A program made the translations under genes and the position numbers. A stretch of 64,000 bases of DNA, from NCBI GenBank assembly GCA_963761645.1, contig CAVXIG010000067.1:118760-182759 (forward strand), written 5' to 3'. Source of the DNA: an uncultured Acidobacteriota bacterium. GTDB lineage: Bacteria > Acidobacteriota > Thermoanaerobaculia > Multivoradales > UBA5704. Shown one piece after another: positions 34,832 to 45,111 of the stretch (positions are counted from its first letter, which is position 1; the number at the start of each line of letters is the position of its first letter). The notes under the pieces were generated by a model. It was not told the origin of the DNA and made no database searches. It saw only the letters and a list, made by a program, of their open reading frames with translations.

Positions 34832-37501
34832 ATGTTGGGACAGCTCTTCTCCGTGCTCCGGACGCTCCGCCACCGGCCTCAGTTCGAGGACGCCATGGCC
34901 GAGGAGATGCGCTTCCATATCGAGCAGTACACGGCCGATCTCGTCAGCTCCGGCGTGCCGCCGGCGGAAGCGGCGCGCCGCGCCCGCCTGGAGTTCGGCA
35001 GCCTCGACAACGCCAAGACGGACTGCCGCGAGGCGAGCGGACTGCGCCTGTTCGACGAGCTCCATCAGGACCTGCGCTACGCCGTCCGCCTGATGCGCAA
35101 GACGCCGGGCTTCACGATCACCGCCCTGGCCACCCTGGCGCTCTGCATCGGCGCCAACCTGACCATCTTCGCCGTCGTCGACTCGGTGCTGCTCCGGCCG
35201 CTCCCCTTCCCCGCCGCCGGCCGGCTGATGAGCGTGTACAACACCTATCCCAAGGCCGGCGTCCCCAACGACGGCTGCTCGCTGCCGAACTACTACGAGC
35301 GCCGGGGTCATATCGCCGCCTTCTCAGGGCTGGCGGTCTACCGCGACGCCATGGCGGTCGTGGGCGAAACGGGCGCGACGGAGCAGATACCGGTCTCGCG
35401 GGTCTCCCCGGACTTCTTCTCCACCCTGGGGCTCGGCCCGGTGATGGGGCGCGCGTTTACGGAGGCGGAGACCGTAGCAGGGGAAAAACGACGCGGCCAT
35501 CCTCACGGACAGCTACTGGCGGCAGCGCCTGGGCGCCGACCCGCGCGTGCTCGGCCGCAAGATCCGCGTCAACGCCATCTCCCGGACCGTGGTCGGGGTC
35601 TTGCCGCCCAGCTTCAGCTTCCTCTCGTCCCAGGCGCTGATCTACCTCCCGCTCGCGTCGAGCCCGGACGAGCGCGAGCCCCAGCGGCGGCACTCCGGGA
35701 CCGCCCGCATGATCGCCCGGCTCCGGCCGGGGGCCACTCTGGCGGCAGGCCCAGGCGCAGATCGACGCCCGCAACGCCGCCGTGGAGGTGGACGGCCCGG
35801 AGGCGAGGATGATGGCCGACGCGGGCTTCCGCTCGCTCGTGGTGTCCCTGCGGGCGGACCATGTGGCCGCGGTCCGTCCCACCCTGCTGCTGGTGCAGGC
35901 GGGGGCTCTCTTCCTGCTCCTCATCGGCGGAGTCAACCTGGTGAACCTGCTGCTCATCCGCGCCAGCGGCCGGGTGAAGGAGCTGGCGGTCCGGCAGGCG
36001 CTCGGAGCGAGCCGGCGGCACGTCGTGAGCGGCGCCCTGGTGGAGAGCACGCTGCTGGCGCTGACCGGAGGCCTTCTCGGGCTGGCCGCCGGAGCGGGAG
36101 GCATCCGCCTTCTGGCCCTGCTGGGAGTCGATCGCCTGCCCCTGGGATCGCACGTGGCCTTCGACGGCCGCCTGGCGCTGATCGCCCTGGCGGGCTCGCT
36201 CGCCATGGGGATCGCGCTCGGCCTGCCGGTCGTCTGGCTCAGCCTGCGCAACGCCGCGGCCCCCGGGCTGCAGGCCGAGTCCCGGGGCACCACGGCCGGC
36301 CGGGCCGCGCAACGGCTGCGCCACGCCTTCATCGTCGCCCAGATCGCCCTGGCCTTCGTGCTGCTCGCCGGGGCGGGCCTGCTGGGCTTGAGCCTCCGGA
36401 AGGTGATGACCGTCTCCCCCGGATTCCGGCCCGCCGACGTCCTGAGCGGACAGTTGGTTCTGCCGGTGAGGAGCTATCCGGACCGGCAGGACCTGCTCGC
36501 GGTCACCGAGAGGCTCACCGTGGAAATCGGCCGCCAGCCGGGCGTGCAGGCGGTGGGCTTCGCCACCAACGTGCCGCTGAGCGGCAGCAGCAACAAGAGC
36601 GCGGCCACGGTCCAGGGGCACCGGTCCCGGCCTGGAGAGCCGCCGCACGGGGTCTACTCCTACAGCGTGGGCGGCGACTACTTCTCCGCCCTGGGCTTCT
36701 CGCTGCGCGAGGGCCGCTTCCTCACGGCCGAGGACTCCCGCCGCGCTGAGCGGTACTGCGTCGTCGACGAGGACTTCGCCCGCCGGTACTGGCCTAAAAA
36801 CAGATGCGATCGGCCAGAAGGTCTTCGAAGGGGGCTCAGCCGGGGAGAGCCCCGCCGAGGCCTATACCGTCGTCGGCGTCGTCGGTCCGGTGAAGCAGGC
36901 GGGGCTGGTCGAGGATGAGGCCCAGGGCGCGGTCTACTACCCCTTCGGCCACCGGATCGACCACAACCTTTGGGTGGTGGTCCGCACAAGCCTGCCTCCG
37001 GAATCGCTCGGGCCGGCGTTGCGCGGGGCCGTCCGGGCGGTCGATCCCGAGTTGCCGGTCAACGACCTCCGCTCGCTGGAGGCCCGCATTGCCGACAGCC
37101 TCATATCCCGCCGCTCGCCGGCCCTGCTGGCGGGGCTCTTCGCCGGTATCGCCCTGCTCCTCACCGCGATTGGAACCTACGGAGTCCTGAGCTATGCCGT
37201 GGCGCAGCGCCGCCGCGAGATCGGCCTGCGCATGGCGCTGGGAGCCCGGCCGGAGCAGGTGCGCGTTCAGTTCCTCTCTCTCGCCCTGCGCCTGCTGGCG
37301 GCCGGCACGGTTCTTGGAGTTCTCGGCGCCTGGCTGACCGGCCGGGCCATGCAGGCGATTCTCTTTCAAGTTCCGCCCCTTCACGTGGCGACGCTCGCCG
37401 GCTCCGCCGCCATCCTGGGCCTGGTGGCTCTCCTCGCCTGCCTGCTCCCCTCCGACCGCGCCGCCCGGATCTCGCCGATGGAGGCGATGATCGAGGAGTG
37501 A
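34832..37501 (+). CDS. ABC transporter permease, duplicated FtsX/MacB-like 'ADOP' family (frameshifted)
   Basis: ~890 codons spread over ORFs 34832..35812, 35547..36749, 35782..36918 and 36890..37501. Two FtsX-type modules (TM1, periplasmic MacB-like domain, 3 TM) ending ...RAARISPMEAMIEE. The PadR plus duplicated-permease pairing is characteristic of Acidobacteria. Confidence 0.7.
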
Positions 37502-37555
37502 GGGCTCGCGCTTCTTGTCCTTGCCGTCCCTTTCGTCCCTGCTTCGTGCTTCTCC

Positions 37556-38275
37556 TCACTCCTGCCGGAGCACCTCGAGCGGGCGCGCGTGGGTCGGGTG
37601 CCATGCCACGGCGACCGCGCTCGCGAAAGCGATCACAACGGCGACCGCGATCATCACCGGTGCCTGTACGGGATCGAGCACGAGCTTCGCCGCCGGCCGC
37701 AGGCGATTGATGATTCCGAAGGCGAGGGCCACGGCCCCCATTCCGGCGACACCCGCTACCAGCCCGAGCAGCGCGTACTCGACCGCGATCCCGGCCAGGA
37801 TCCGCGCGCTCGAATATCCGATCGCCTTGAAGATCCCCATCTCGCGCCGACGTTGGAGCATCGCGAGGCCACCGAATTGGCGATCAGGACTCCGCCCGCC
37901 ACAAGCGCCAACCCGGCGACGGCAATGACGAAGGCGAACAGGTTCGCGACCGCGACCTGCGTCTCCGAGACCAGATCGGCGGCCCGCAGCACCAGGGCAT
38001 CCGGCGCGTCGCGCGCGAGGTCCCTAGCGACCGTATCGAGCCGCCCCTCCTCCACTCCGCCGGTTGAATTCACCTGCGCCGCCGGACCCCCGAGCCGCAG
38101 GGCCGTGGCTTCGTCGAGGATCAGGCCCGATACGCGCGGCACGAGCGGTGAGACGCGCTGGAGATCATAGAAGCCCGCGATCGAAACGGTGGCGCGCTCG
38201 CCCCTGGGGGACGAAAGCTCGACGGCGTCGCCCGTCTCGAGCTTCCACGGTTCGCCCCGCAGCCGCGCGGGCGCG
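37556..38275 (-). CDS. ABC transporter permease, short FtsX-family (frameshifted; 5' boundary approximate)
   Basis: Periplasmic-domain segment ...VSIAGFYDLQRVSPLVPRVSGLILDEATALRLGG... plus TM helices LFAFVIAVAGLALVAGGVLIAN, GIAVEYALLGLVAGVAGMGAVALAF, APVMIAVAVVIAFASAVAVAW (ORFs 37756..38877 and 37556..37861). Confidence 0.5.
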
Positions 38276-38993
38276 AGCGCCGCTCCCGGCCCCTTGCTCC
38301 AGGCGCCCTCCACGATCCGAACGGTTCCCGTGCGGTCCGCGTCGAGGCCCGTAATTCCGCGCAAAACGTCGAGCGAAGGGCCGCCCGGGATTCGCGCGGC
38401 GGCCGGCGATCTCACGAAACGCTGGACGGACTTCACGCCCGCGCGTTCGAGCGCCGCGGCGACCGGGCCGGCGTCGGCCGGGCGATCAGGAGCGCCGGCC
38501 GCGTGACGAGCGCGCGGGCGATGGCGACGCGCTGCTGCTGGCCGCCCGAGAGCTGGTGCGGCCGGTGCCCGAGGCGGTCCGACAGCCCCACGAGCGCGAG
38601 CATCTCCCGCGCGGCGTCCCGGGCGCGCAAGCCCGACGAGCTCACGTGGAGCGGCGCCTCGACATTCTCCTGGGCCGTCAGCGACCCGATCAGGTTGAAC
38701 GACTGGAACACGACGCCGATCTTCTCGTTGCGCAGCCGCGCCATGGCGCGTTCGCCGAGCCGCGTGATGTCGGTGCCGCCGACGACGATACGCCCCGAGG
38801 TCGGGGAATCGAGACCGGCGAGGATGCCGAGCAGGGTCGACTTGCCCGAGCCCGACGGTCCGGTGAGAGCGATCCACTCTCCGGGCTCGACATGGAAGGA
38901 AACGCCCCTGAGGATGGGCACGAGCTCGCCGCCGAGCGGAAGAGAGCGCGTCAGGTCGATGGCCTCGATCGCGGGCCTGTCGTTGGGATGCAT
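38276..38993 (-). CDS. ABC transporter ATP-binding protein (LolD/MacB-type; frameshifted near D-loop)
   Basis: ATG 38993 MHPNDRPAIEAIDL...GEWIALTGPSGSGKSTLLGILAGL (Walker A)...[24 protein letters not shown]. The sequence after the Walker B region is out of frame. The 3' end is estimated from typical length. Confidence 0.65.
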
Positions 38994-39104
38994 GGTCAGA
39001 TCAGCCTCCGGTAGAGTCACTGGTCTCTACAACGCACCCCGGCGGCAGGTATTACCAGGTACCGGGAGGCTCGCGCCTTGCGGCAGGCGAAGCCAGATAG
39101 GAAA

Positions 39105-40355
39105 ATGCGGCCCGAGCCTCTCGAAAGGCAACATTTCGTGAAAAACAGAGCGACTCCTCCGCAATTTCAGAGTGACCGGGATCGCGCGAACACCACCTCG
39201 GGCCGTGCGCGCCTCGAATCCATCGACGTCGTCCGCGGCGTGATCATGATCATCATGGCGCTCGATCACACCCGCGACTTCTTCGGCATCCCCGGGCAGA
39301 ACCCCACCGACCTGGCCAGCGCCACGGCGGCCCTGTTCCTCACCCGCTGGATCACGCACTTCTGCGCGCCGGTGTTCTTCCTGCTCACGGGCACGGGCGC
39401 CTACCTCTCGCTGCGGCGGAAGTCGCCGGGCGAGCTTTCCCGGTTCCTGTTCACCCGCGGGCTCTGGCTGATCTTCCTGGAAGCTCGTGCTGCTGCGGTG
39501 CTTCGCCTACCAGTTCAACGTCGATTACCGGGTGACGATGCTCCTCGTCCTCTGGGCGCTCGGCTGGGCGATGATCACGCTCGCGGCGCTCGTCCGCCTG
39601 CCGGCGTCCGTGGTGACCGCCTTCGGCGTCCTCCTGATCGCGGGCCACAACCTCTTCGACACCGTGAGGTCGGCGAACCCGCTCTGGTCCATCCTGCACG
39701 CGCCGGGTTTCGTCCTCAACACCCCGGAGCACGTCGTGTTCGTGGCCTATCCGCTCATCCCCTGGATCGGCGTGACCGCCGTCGGATACGGCCTCGGACA
39801 GGTCTACAGCCTGGGATGCCGATCGCCGGCGGGCCTTGCTCCTGCGCCTGGGGCTGGCCCTGAGCGTGGCGTTCCTCGTGATTCGCGGCCTGAATGTCTA
39901 CGGCGACCCGTCGCGCTGGATGGGGCAGAAGACCGCGGCGTTCACCGTGCTCTCGTTCCTGAACACGACCAAGTACCCGCCGTCGCTGCTGTTCCTGCTG
40001 ATGACGCTCGGTCCGGCGCTGGTCTTTCTGGGGCTGGTCGATCGCCGCACGCCACGGCTCCTGCGGCCGGCGCTGGTGATCGGCAAGGTGCCGCTGTTCT
40101 ATTACATGCTGCACTTTTTTCTCATCCACCTGCTCGCCGTCATCACCTGCTCACGTGCGGTATGGATCGGCGCACTGGATGTTCGAGTCCCCGGACCTCG
40201 CGCACTATCCGTTCACCGCGCCGCCCGGCTGGGGATATTCGCTGCCGATCATCTACCTGGTCTGGGCGTTCGTCGTGATCGCGATGTATCCGCTCTGCCG
40301 GTGGTTCGCGGCGCTCAAGCAGCGGCGAAGCGATGCGTGGCTGAGTTACCTCTGA
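39105..40355 (+). CDS. DUF1624 / heparan-alpha-glucosaminide N-acetyltransferase-like membrane acyltransferase (frameshifted)
   Basis: ...[23 protein letters not shown]... (39078..39863), then multi-TM segments in 39487..40278, 39836..40570 and 40155..40355 (ending ...WLSYL). There are three frame changes. Confidence 0.6.
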
Positions 40356-40376
40356 GAGGCCCTGTCAGCCAGGGCC

Positions 40377-41420
40377 TCACCCCAGATACTCAGGCTTTTT
40401 CTCCGTCGTATCGAACTTCTGGCTGGTCTTGTAGAGCTCGAACTTCCCGTTCTGAGCGACCTGCTGCGTCTTCGCCAGCAGCGCAGAGACCTGGGCGCCG
40501 CTCATCGGCTGGAAGCTCTGCGCCGCTTTCAGGGCCTGATCGAGGATGCCGATGGAATCGATCCCGGTGATCACGACGCTCACCGGCAGGTTCATCGTGT
40601 AGTGCAGGCACTCGACCGGAGTGACGGCCTTGCTGTCGAGGATGATCTGATCCCCCATCGGCTTCATTCCCAGCACCGCGATCTGGTGCTGGAGCGCCAC
40701 CGGCAGGACCTCCTTCTCGAAGCTCTTGTAGTGCGCGTCCATCACGTTGAGCGGCATCTGCACGGTGTCGAAGCTGAACTTGTGGGCATCCGCCGTCTTG
40801 ATCATGTGCAGGTGGATCTCCGGGCTCTTGTGGCCGGTGAAGCCGATGTACCGGACCTTTCCCGCCTTCTTCGCCGCCAGCACCGCCTCCAGGGCGCCGC
40901 CGGGCGCGAAGATGCGGTCCGCGTCACTCATTCGGATGATCTCGTGGAACTGCAGGAGGTCGATATGGTCGACCTGCAGCCGCTTGAGCGACTCGTCGAG
41001 CTGGCGGGTGGCGGACTCCTTGGTGCGGCCGTCGATCTTGGTCATCAGGAAGGCTTTCTGGCGATAGCCGTCCTTGAGGGCCTTGCCCATCCACTCCTCG
41101 CTCTTGCCGTCGTTGTAATCCCAGGAGTTGTCGAGGAAGTTGAGGCCGCGGTCGAGCGACGCACGCATGATCTGAAGGCTCTCCTTCTCGGAGATCCGCC
41201 CGATATGAGCGCCGCCGACGCCGACGAGCGAGACCTTCTCCCCCGTGCGCCCGAGGGTGCGGTACGGCACCCCCTGCCTCACCTCGGCGGCCCAGGCGAA
41301 TCCGCCGGAGCCCACGGCCACCGCGGCAGCGGCCGACAGCTCCAGGAACTGCCGCCGGGTAACCCCGTGGCTCTCCTCTCCCTGGGCTTTTTCCTCTGAC
41401 TCTTCGTTCGGTCCGCGCAT
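40377..41420 (-). CDS. aldo/keto reductase with twin-arginine signal peptide
   Basis: ATG 41420 MRGPNEESEEKAQGEESHGVTRRQFLELSAAAAVAVG (Tat motif) followed by an intact AKR domain (...GVGGAHIG...LDNSWDYNDGKSEEWMGKAL...). Confidence 0.85.
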   Translation of the reverse strand: MRGPNEESEEKAQGEESHGVTRRQFLELSAAAAVAVGSGGFAWAAEVRQGVPYRTLGRTGEKVSLVGVGGAHIGRISEKESLQIMRASLDRGLNFLDNSWDYNDGKSEEWMGKALKDGYRQKAFLMTKIDGRTKESATRQLDESLKRLQVDHIDLLQFHEIIRMSDADRIFAPGGALEAVLAAKKAGKVRYIGFTGHKSPEIHLHMIKTADAHKFSFDTVQMPLNVMDAHYKSFEKEVLPVALQHQIAVLGMKPMGDQIILDSKAVTPVECLHYTMNLPVSVVITGIDSIGILDQALKAAQSFQPMSGAQVSALLAKTQQVAQNGKFELYKTSQKFDTTEKKPEYLG

Positions 41421-41525
41421 CGGCTCACCTCTTCGCAAGTTCCTCGTTGATGGATGCCAGAACGAGCGGTCCGGTACCGCCATCCAGGAGGAAACTTGCA
41501 GCAAGAGACGAGCCAGAGAAGGACG

Positions 41526-41768
41526 CTACCCCTTCCCCAACTCGCGCCAGCTCTCCTCGTGGACCTCGACGCCGTGCTTCTTCGCCGCTGCCTTGATGCG
41601 CTTCCAGGCCTCGTCGCGATCTTCGTCGCTCACATCCTTGACCTGATCGAAGCGGGCGATCGCGTTGCGCACGTGGCTGGCGTCCTCGAGGGGCTCCTTG
41701 CGCTGCTTGGGAAAGGCGAAGTTGCCGGTCGAGAGATCGTTACGCTCTTCGGTGTCCAGTTTTGCCAT
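41526..41768 (-). CDS. conserved hypothetical small acidic protein
   Basis: Intact 80-aa ORF MAKLDTEERNDLSTGNFAFPKQRKEPLEDASHVRNAIARFDQVKDVSDEDRDEAWKRIKAAAKKHGVEV... with a downstream hairpin. Family not assigned. Confidence 0.55.
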   Translation of the reverse strand: MAKLDTEERNDLSTGNFAFPKQRKEPLEDASHVRNAIARFDQVKDVSDEDRDEAWKRIKAAAKKHGVEVHEESWRELGKG

Positions 41769-41814
41769 GGTCTCTTCCTCCCTCGACCGTTCTTTAATTC
41801 ATGAACGATGCCAC

Positions 41815-42285
41815 TTACTGGATCGCGCCCGCATGGCCGAGAAACCGGCGCAGCATGCTGATCTGGCCGCCGTGGTAGCCCTCGTGGAAACCGAGCTGGA
41901 TCAACCCCTGGGCCAGAGGGGTGCCATTCTCCACCGGGGCCGCGAGCTCCTCGTCGGTGCGGGCCCGCACGGCCGCGAGGAGGGTGGCCTGCGAGCGGTC
42001 GAGCTCGGCGCGGATCGACTCCAGGGGTACGGGGTGGTCGTCGGGGCCCAGGGGAGCGCTGCCGCGGGCATAGCGGGCGGCCTTTTCCGGATCCCAGACA
42101 GGCGGCTGGTTCAGGAGCTTCATCACCACGTTCCGGTGGTAGAGCAGGTGGCCCAGCACCCAGTTGAGGCTGTTGCCCCCCGGCTCGGGCGCGCGCAACG
42201 ACTCCTCGTGGGTGATCCCCTCGAGGTTGCGCGTCAAGCTCCCGTGGCTGGCTTCGAAGATCTTGGCGATGACTTGTCCGTCCAT
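41815..42285 (-). CDS. DinB/DinB_2 family (damage-inducible, His-triad four-helix bundle) protein
   Basis: ATG 42285 MDGQVIAKIFEASHGSLTRNLEGITHEESL...NSLNWVLGHLLYHRN...FHEGYHGGQISMLRR. Conserved His positions are typical of DinB_2. Confidence 0.75.
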   Translation of the reverse strand: MDGQVIAKIFEASHGSLTRNLEGITHEESLRAPEPGGNSLNWVLGHLLYHRNVVMKLLNQPPVWDPEKAARYARGSAPLGPDDHPVPLESIRAELDRSQATLLAAVRARTDEELAAPVENGTPLAQGLIQLGFHEGYHGGQISMLRRFLGHAGAIQ

Positions 42286-42322
42286 GGTCGGTCTCCTCTC
42301 ACGACATACAATAGCCGTTCCC

Positions 42323-43684
42323 ATGAAAATCATCGCCCTCTTCTCCACCTTCGCGCTCCTCCTTCTGCCGGGAGGGGCATCCGGCGCCGGCCCGTCTCCC
42401 AAGCCCGTGGACCGCGCCGCGCTGGCCGCCCAGGTCCGCGCCGAGTTCCTCTCCTCGTGGCAGGCCTACGAGCGGTATGCCTGGGGGCACGACGAGCTCC
42501 AGCCCCTGAGCAGGACGCCGCGCGACTGGTACGGCGAGCCCCTCCTGATGACTCCGGTGGACTCGCTCGACACGCTGCTCCTCCTGGGCTTCAAGGACGA
42601 GGCGGCGAAGGCCCAGGCCCTGATCGTCGACAAGCTCTCCTTCGACAAAGACATCTCGGTCAAGAACTTCGAGGTCACCATCCGCCTCCTGGGCGGCCTG
42701 CTCTCGGGATACCAGATGACCGGCGACGCGCGCCTGCTCCGCCTCGCCGAGGATCTGGGCAAGCGGCTCCTGCCCGTCTTCAACTCCCCCACCGGCATGC
42801 CCTACATGTACGTCAACCTCAGGACGGGCAAGACCTCGGGCGCGCGCTCCAATCCGGCGGAGATCGGCACGCTCCTGCTCGAGCTCGGCACCCTCTCGAA
42901 GCTGACGAAAAATCCGGTCTTCTACGACAAGGCGAAGAACGCCGTCGTCCAGCTCTACAAGCGGCGCTCGAAATTGGGCCTCGTGGGCGAGGAGATCGAC
43001 GTCGAGACGGGGGAATGGATCAGCCGGGCCAGCCATGTCGGCGGCGGCATCGACTCCTACTACGAATACCTCCTGAAGTGCTCGCACCTCTTCGGCGACA
43101 AGGATTGCGGAACCATGTGGCGGGAAAGCGTCCGCGCCCTCGACAAGCATCTGGCCGATCAAGCCCCTACCGGGCTCTGGTACGGCCAGGTGGACATGAT
43201 GACGGCAAAGCGGACGGCCACCGAGTTCGGAGCCCTGCACGCCTTCCTGCCCGCCGTCCTGGCGCTCGGCGGCGACCTCGGCCGGGCGAAGCGGCTCCAG
43301 GAGTCAGCCTACAAGATGTGGAACCTGAACGGGATCGAGCCCGAGGTGATCGATTACCGGACGATGAAGGTCACGGCCGCCGGCTACCCCCTGCGGCCAG
43401 AGATCATGGAATCGGCCTACTACCTGTTCCATTCCACGAAGGACCCGCGCTACCTGGAGATGGGCCGGACGTTTTTCGCCGGGCTCATGGCCCACTGCCG
43501 GACCGACGCCGGCTACACGGTCCTCAAGGACGTCACGACCCGGGAGAAGGGGGACCTGATGCCCAGCTACTTCCTGGCCGAGACGCTCAAGTATCTCTAT
43601 CTGCTCTTCGCGCCGGAGAAGGCGATCGATCTGGAAAAGGTTGTCTTCAACACCGAGGCGCATCCGCTGCGGCGGAGCTGGTAG
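42323..43684 (+). CDS. glycoside hydrolase family 47 (class I alpha-1,2-mannosidase)-like secreted protein
   Basis: ATG 42323 gives an MKIIALFSTFALLLLPGGASGA signal peptide. GH47 hallmarks are present: VKNFEVTIRLLGGLLSGYQMTGD, GGGIDSYYEYLLK, AETLKYLYLLF. Intact 453 aa. Confidence 0.85.
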   Translation: MKIIALFSTFALLLLPGGASGAGPSPKPVDRAALAAQVRAEFLSSWQAYERYAWGHDELQPLSRTPRDWYGEPLLMTPVDSLDTLLLLGFKDEAAKAQALIVDKLSFDKDISVKNFEVTIRLLGGLLSGYQMTGDARLLRLAEDLGKRLLPVFNSPTGMPYMYVNLRTGKTSGARSNPAEIGTLLLELGTLSKLTKNPVFYDKAKNAVVQLYKRRSKLGLVGEEIDVETGEWISRASHVGGGIDSYYEYLLKCSHLFGDKDCGTMWRESVRALDKHLADQAPTGLWYGQVDMMTAKRTATEFGALHAFLPAVLALGGDLGRAKRLQESAYKMWNLNGIEPEVIDYRTMKVTAAGYPLRPEIMESAYYLFHSTKDPRYLEMGRTFFAGLMAHCRTDAGYTVLKDVTTREKGDLMPSYFLAETLKYLYLLFAPEKAIDLEKVVFNTEAHPLRRSW

Positions 43685-43691
43685 ATAAAAA

Positions 43692-43729
43692 GCCGGGGCA
43701 GGGCCGGAGGGAGTCGGCCCTGCCCGGGG
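43692..43729. terminator. bidirectional hairpin between convergent genes
   Basis: ccggggcagggccg-gagggagt-cggccctgccccgg lies between stop 43684 (+) and stop 43738 (-). Confidence 0.5.
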
Positions 43730-43737
43730 GAGGAGGC

Positions 43738-44961
43738 TCACGGGCAGGTGGCGAACGCCTCGGCGTCGCGCACGGGCGCCGGGGTGGTGCCGGCGGGGTT
43801 GACGTAGACCCAGGTGCGGCCGGTCTGCGTGTCGCGCACCTTGACCGTGAACTCGATGTCGGTGACGGCCGCGAGGTCGAGCCAGTAATGGCCGTTGACG
43901 GCGCAGCGGTCGAGCACCTGGAGGAGGACCTGCGGCTCCTCCTCCGGGGAGAAGGCGAAGAGGCCGGTGTTGGGAGCTTCCGGCATGGCCATCCGCTTGG
44001 AGCTCCGGTCCCCGCGGGACGCCGACGGCCGCCACTGCACGGTCGCCTCGAACCTGCCGCCGTTGAGGCAGACGCCACGCGTCTCATCGCACGGCGCCGT
44101 CGAGCCGTCGGCAGTGTCAGGCCCTCCCGCCCGGATCCCGGACTGGACGACGGCCGCGCCGCATCCCGCGCCGTCCTCGTGGATGGTCACCGTCGCGCTG
44201 GCGGCGCCGAGCGCGGCGCCGGTGGCCTTGCTGAGCTTGACGGAGAAGGTCTCGTCCGGCTCCGCGGCGCTGTCCTTCTTGAGGGGCACCTCGATCGTCT
44301 TCGGGCTGCCATCGCCGCTGTCCCAGTTCAGCGTGCCTTTGCGGGGGGTGAAGTCCTTGCCCGACTTGGCGCTCCCCGGGGCGGTGCCGAACTTGACGGA
44401 CGCCTTGCCGTCGCTGCCGCCGGTGCGCTCCACGGTCACCGTCACCACTCCGGCCGCTTCGTTCACGGTATAGGACGTGGGGTTGAGCGCGATCGTTCCA
44501 TGCCCTGTGCCACCCCCACCACCGCCGCCGCCGTCGTTGCCGCGGACGACCACCGTGCCGCGCATGCCGCCGGTGGGGCTGCCGTGGACCTGGCAGTAAA
44601 AGCCGTGGGAGCCCGGCGCCGTAAAGGTGGTCTGAAACGTGCCATTGGTGGCCGGCCCGCCGCTGGTGAAGCTGTCGTCGTCGGCATGGACGTTGTGCTG
44701 GGTGCTCTGCGACCAGGTCCAGCAGACCGGCTGCCCGGGATCGACGGTTACCGTCGAGGGGGAGAACGAAGTGCCGCTGATCGTGATCTTCGCCTGCACG
44801 CCTTGGCAGCCCGCCGGCGCATCGTCATCGCCCCCGCGTCCGCCGCCGTCGTCATAGTCCTTGGGATCGACGCCCATGTGGTGATGCTGCGCCGAGGCGG
44901 CGGTGGCGAGCAGAAAGCCGAGCGCGAGGGCCGGCAGGGTAATTCGGTGGAGCATCGTCAT
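43738..44961 (-). CDS. secreted type-1 copper (cupredoxin/plastocyanin-like) + Calx-beta domain protein with conserved Cys-containing C-terminal domain
   Basis: Intact 407-aa ORF. Signal peptide. Cupredoxin-like region with candidate Cu ligands (...STQHNVH...GFYCQVHGSPTGGM). Gly-linker. Calx-beta-like repeat (YTVNEAAGVVTVTVERTGGSDGKASVKFGTAPGSAKSGKDFTPRKGTLNWDSGDGSPKTIEVPL...DETFSVKL). C-terminal domain ...VCLNGGRFEATVQW...LLQVLDRCAVNGHYWLDLAAVTDIEFTVKVRDTQTGRTWVYVNPAGTTPAPVRDAEAFATCP is paralogous to 12516..13229. Confidence 0.75.
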   Translation of the reverse strand: MTMLHRITLPALALGFLLATAASAQHHHMGVDPKDYDDGGGRGGDDDAPAGCQGVQAKITISGTSFSPSTVTVDPGQPVCWTWSQSTQHNVHADDDSFTSGGPATNGTFQTTFTAPGSHGFYCQVHGSPTGGMRGTVVVRGNDGGGGGGGGTGHGTIALNPTSYTVNEAAGVVTVTVERTGGSDGKASVKFGTAPGSAKSGKDFTPRKGTLNWDSGDGSPKTIEVPLKKDSAAEPDETFSVKLSKATGAALGAASATVTIHEDGAGCGAAVVQSGIRAGGPDTADGSTAPCDETRGVCLNGGRFEATVQWRPSASRGDRSSKRMAMPEAPNTGLFAFSPEEEPQVLLQVLDRCAVNGHYWLDLAAVTDIEFTVKVRDTQTGRTWVYVNPAGTTPAPVRDAEAFATCP

Positions 44962-45111
44962 TTCCTCCTTGGATGAACGCGCGCGGCTTCCCGGCGGACG
45001 GGGCGCGGCGGTAGCTTGTCCGTGAGTGCCTCCTCCGGCTCGTGCGGTTCAAAATGGCGGCCTGGAACCTACGCGGTATGATCCCGCCCGGCCGGAGCCC
45101 TGAGCCGACAC

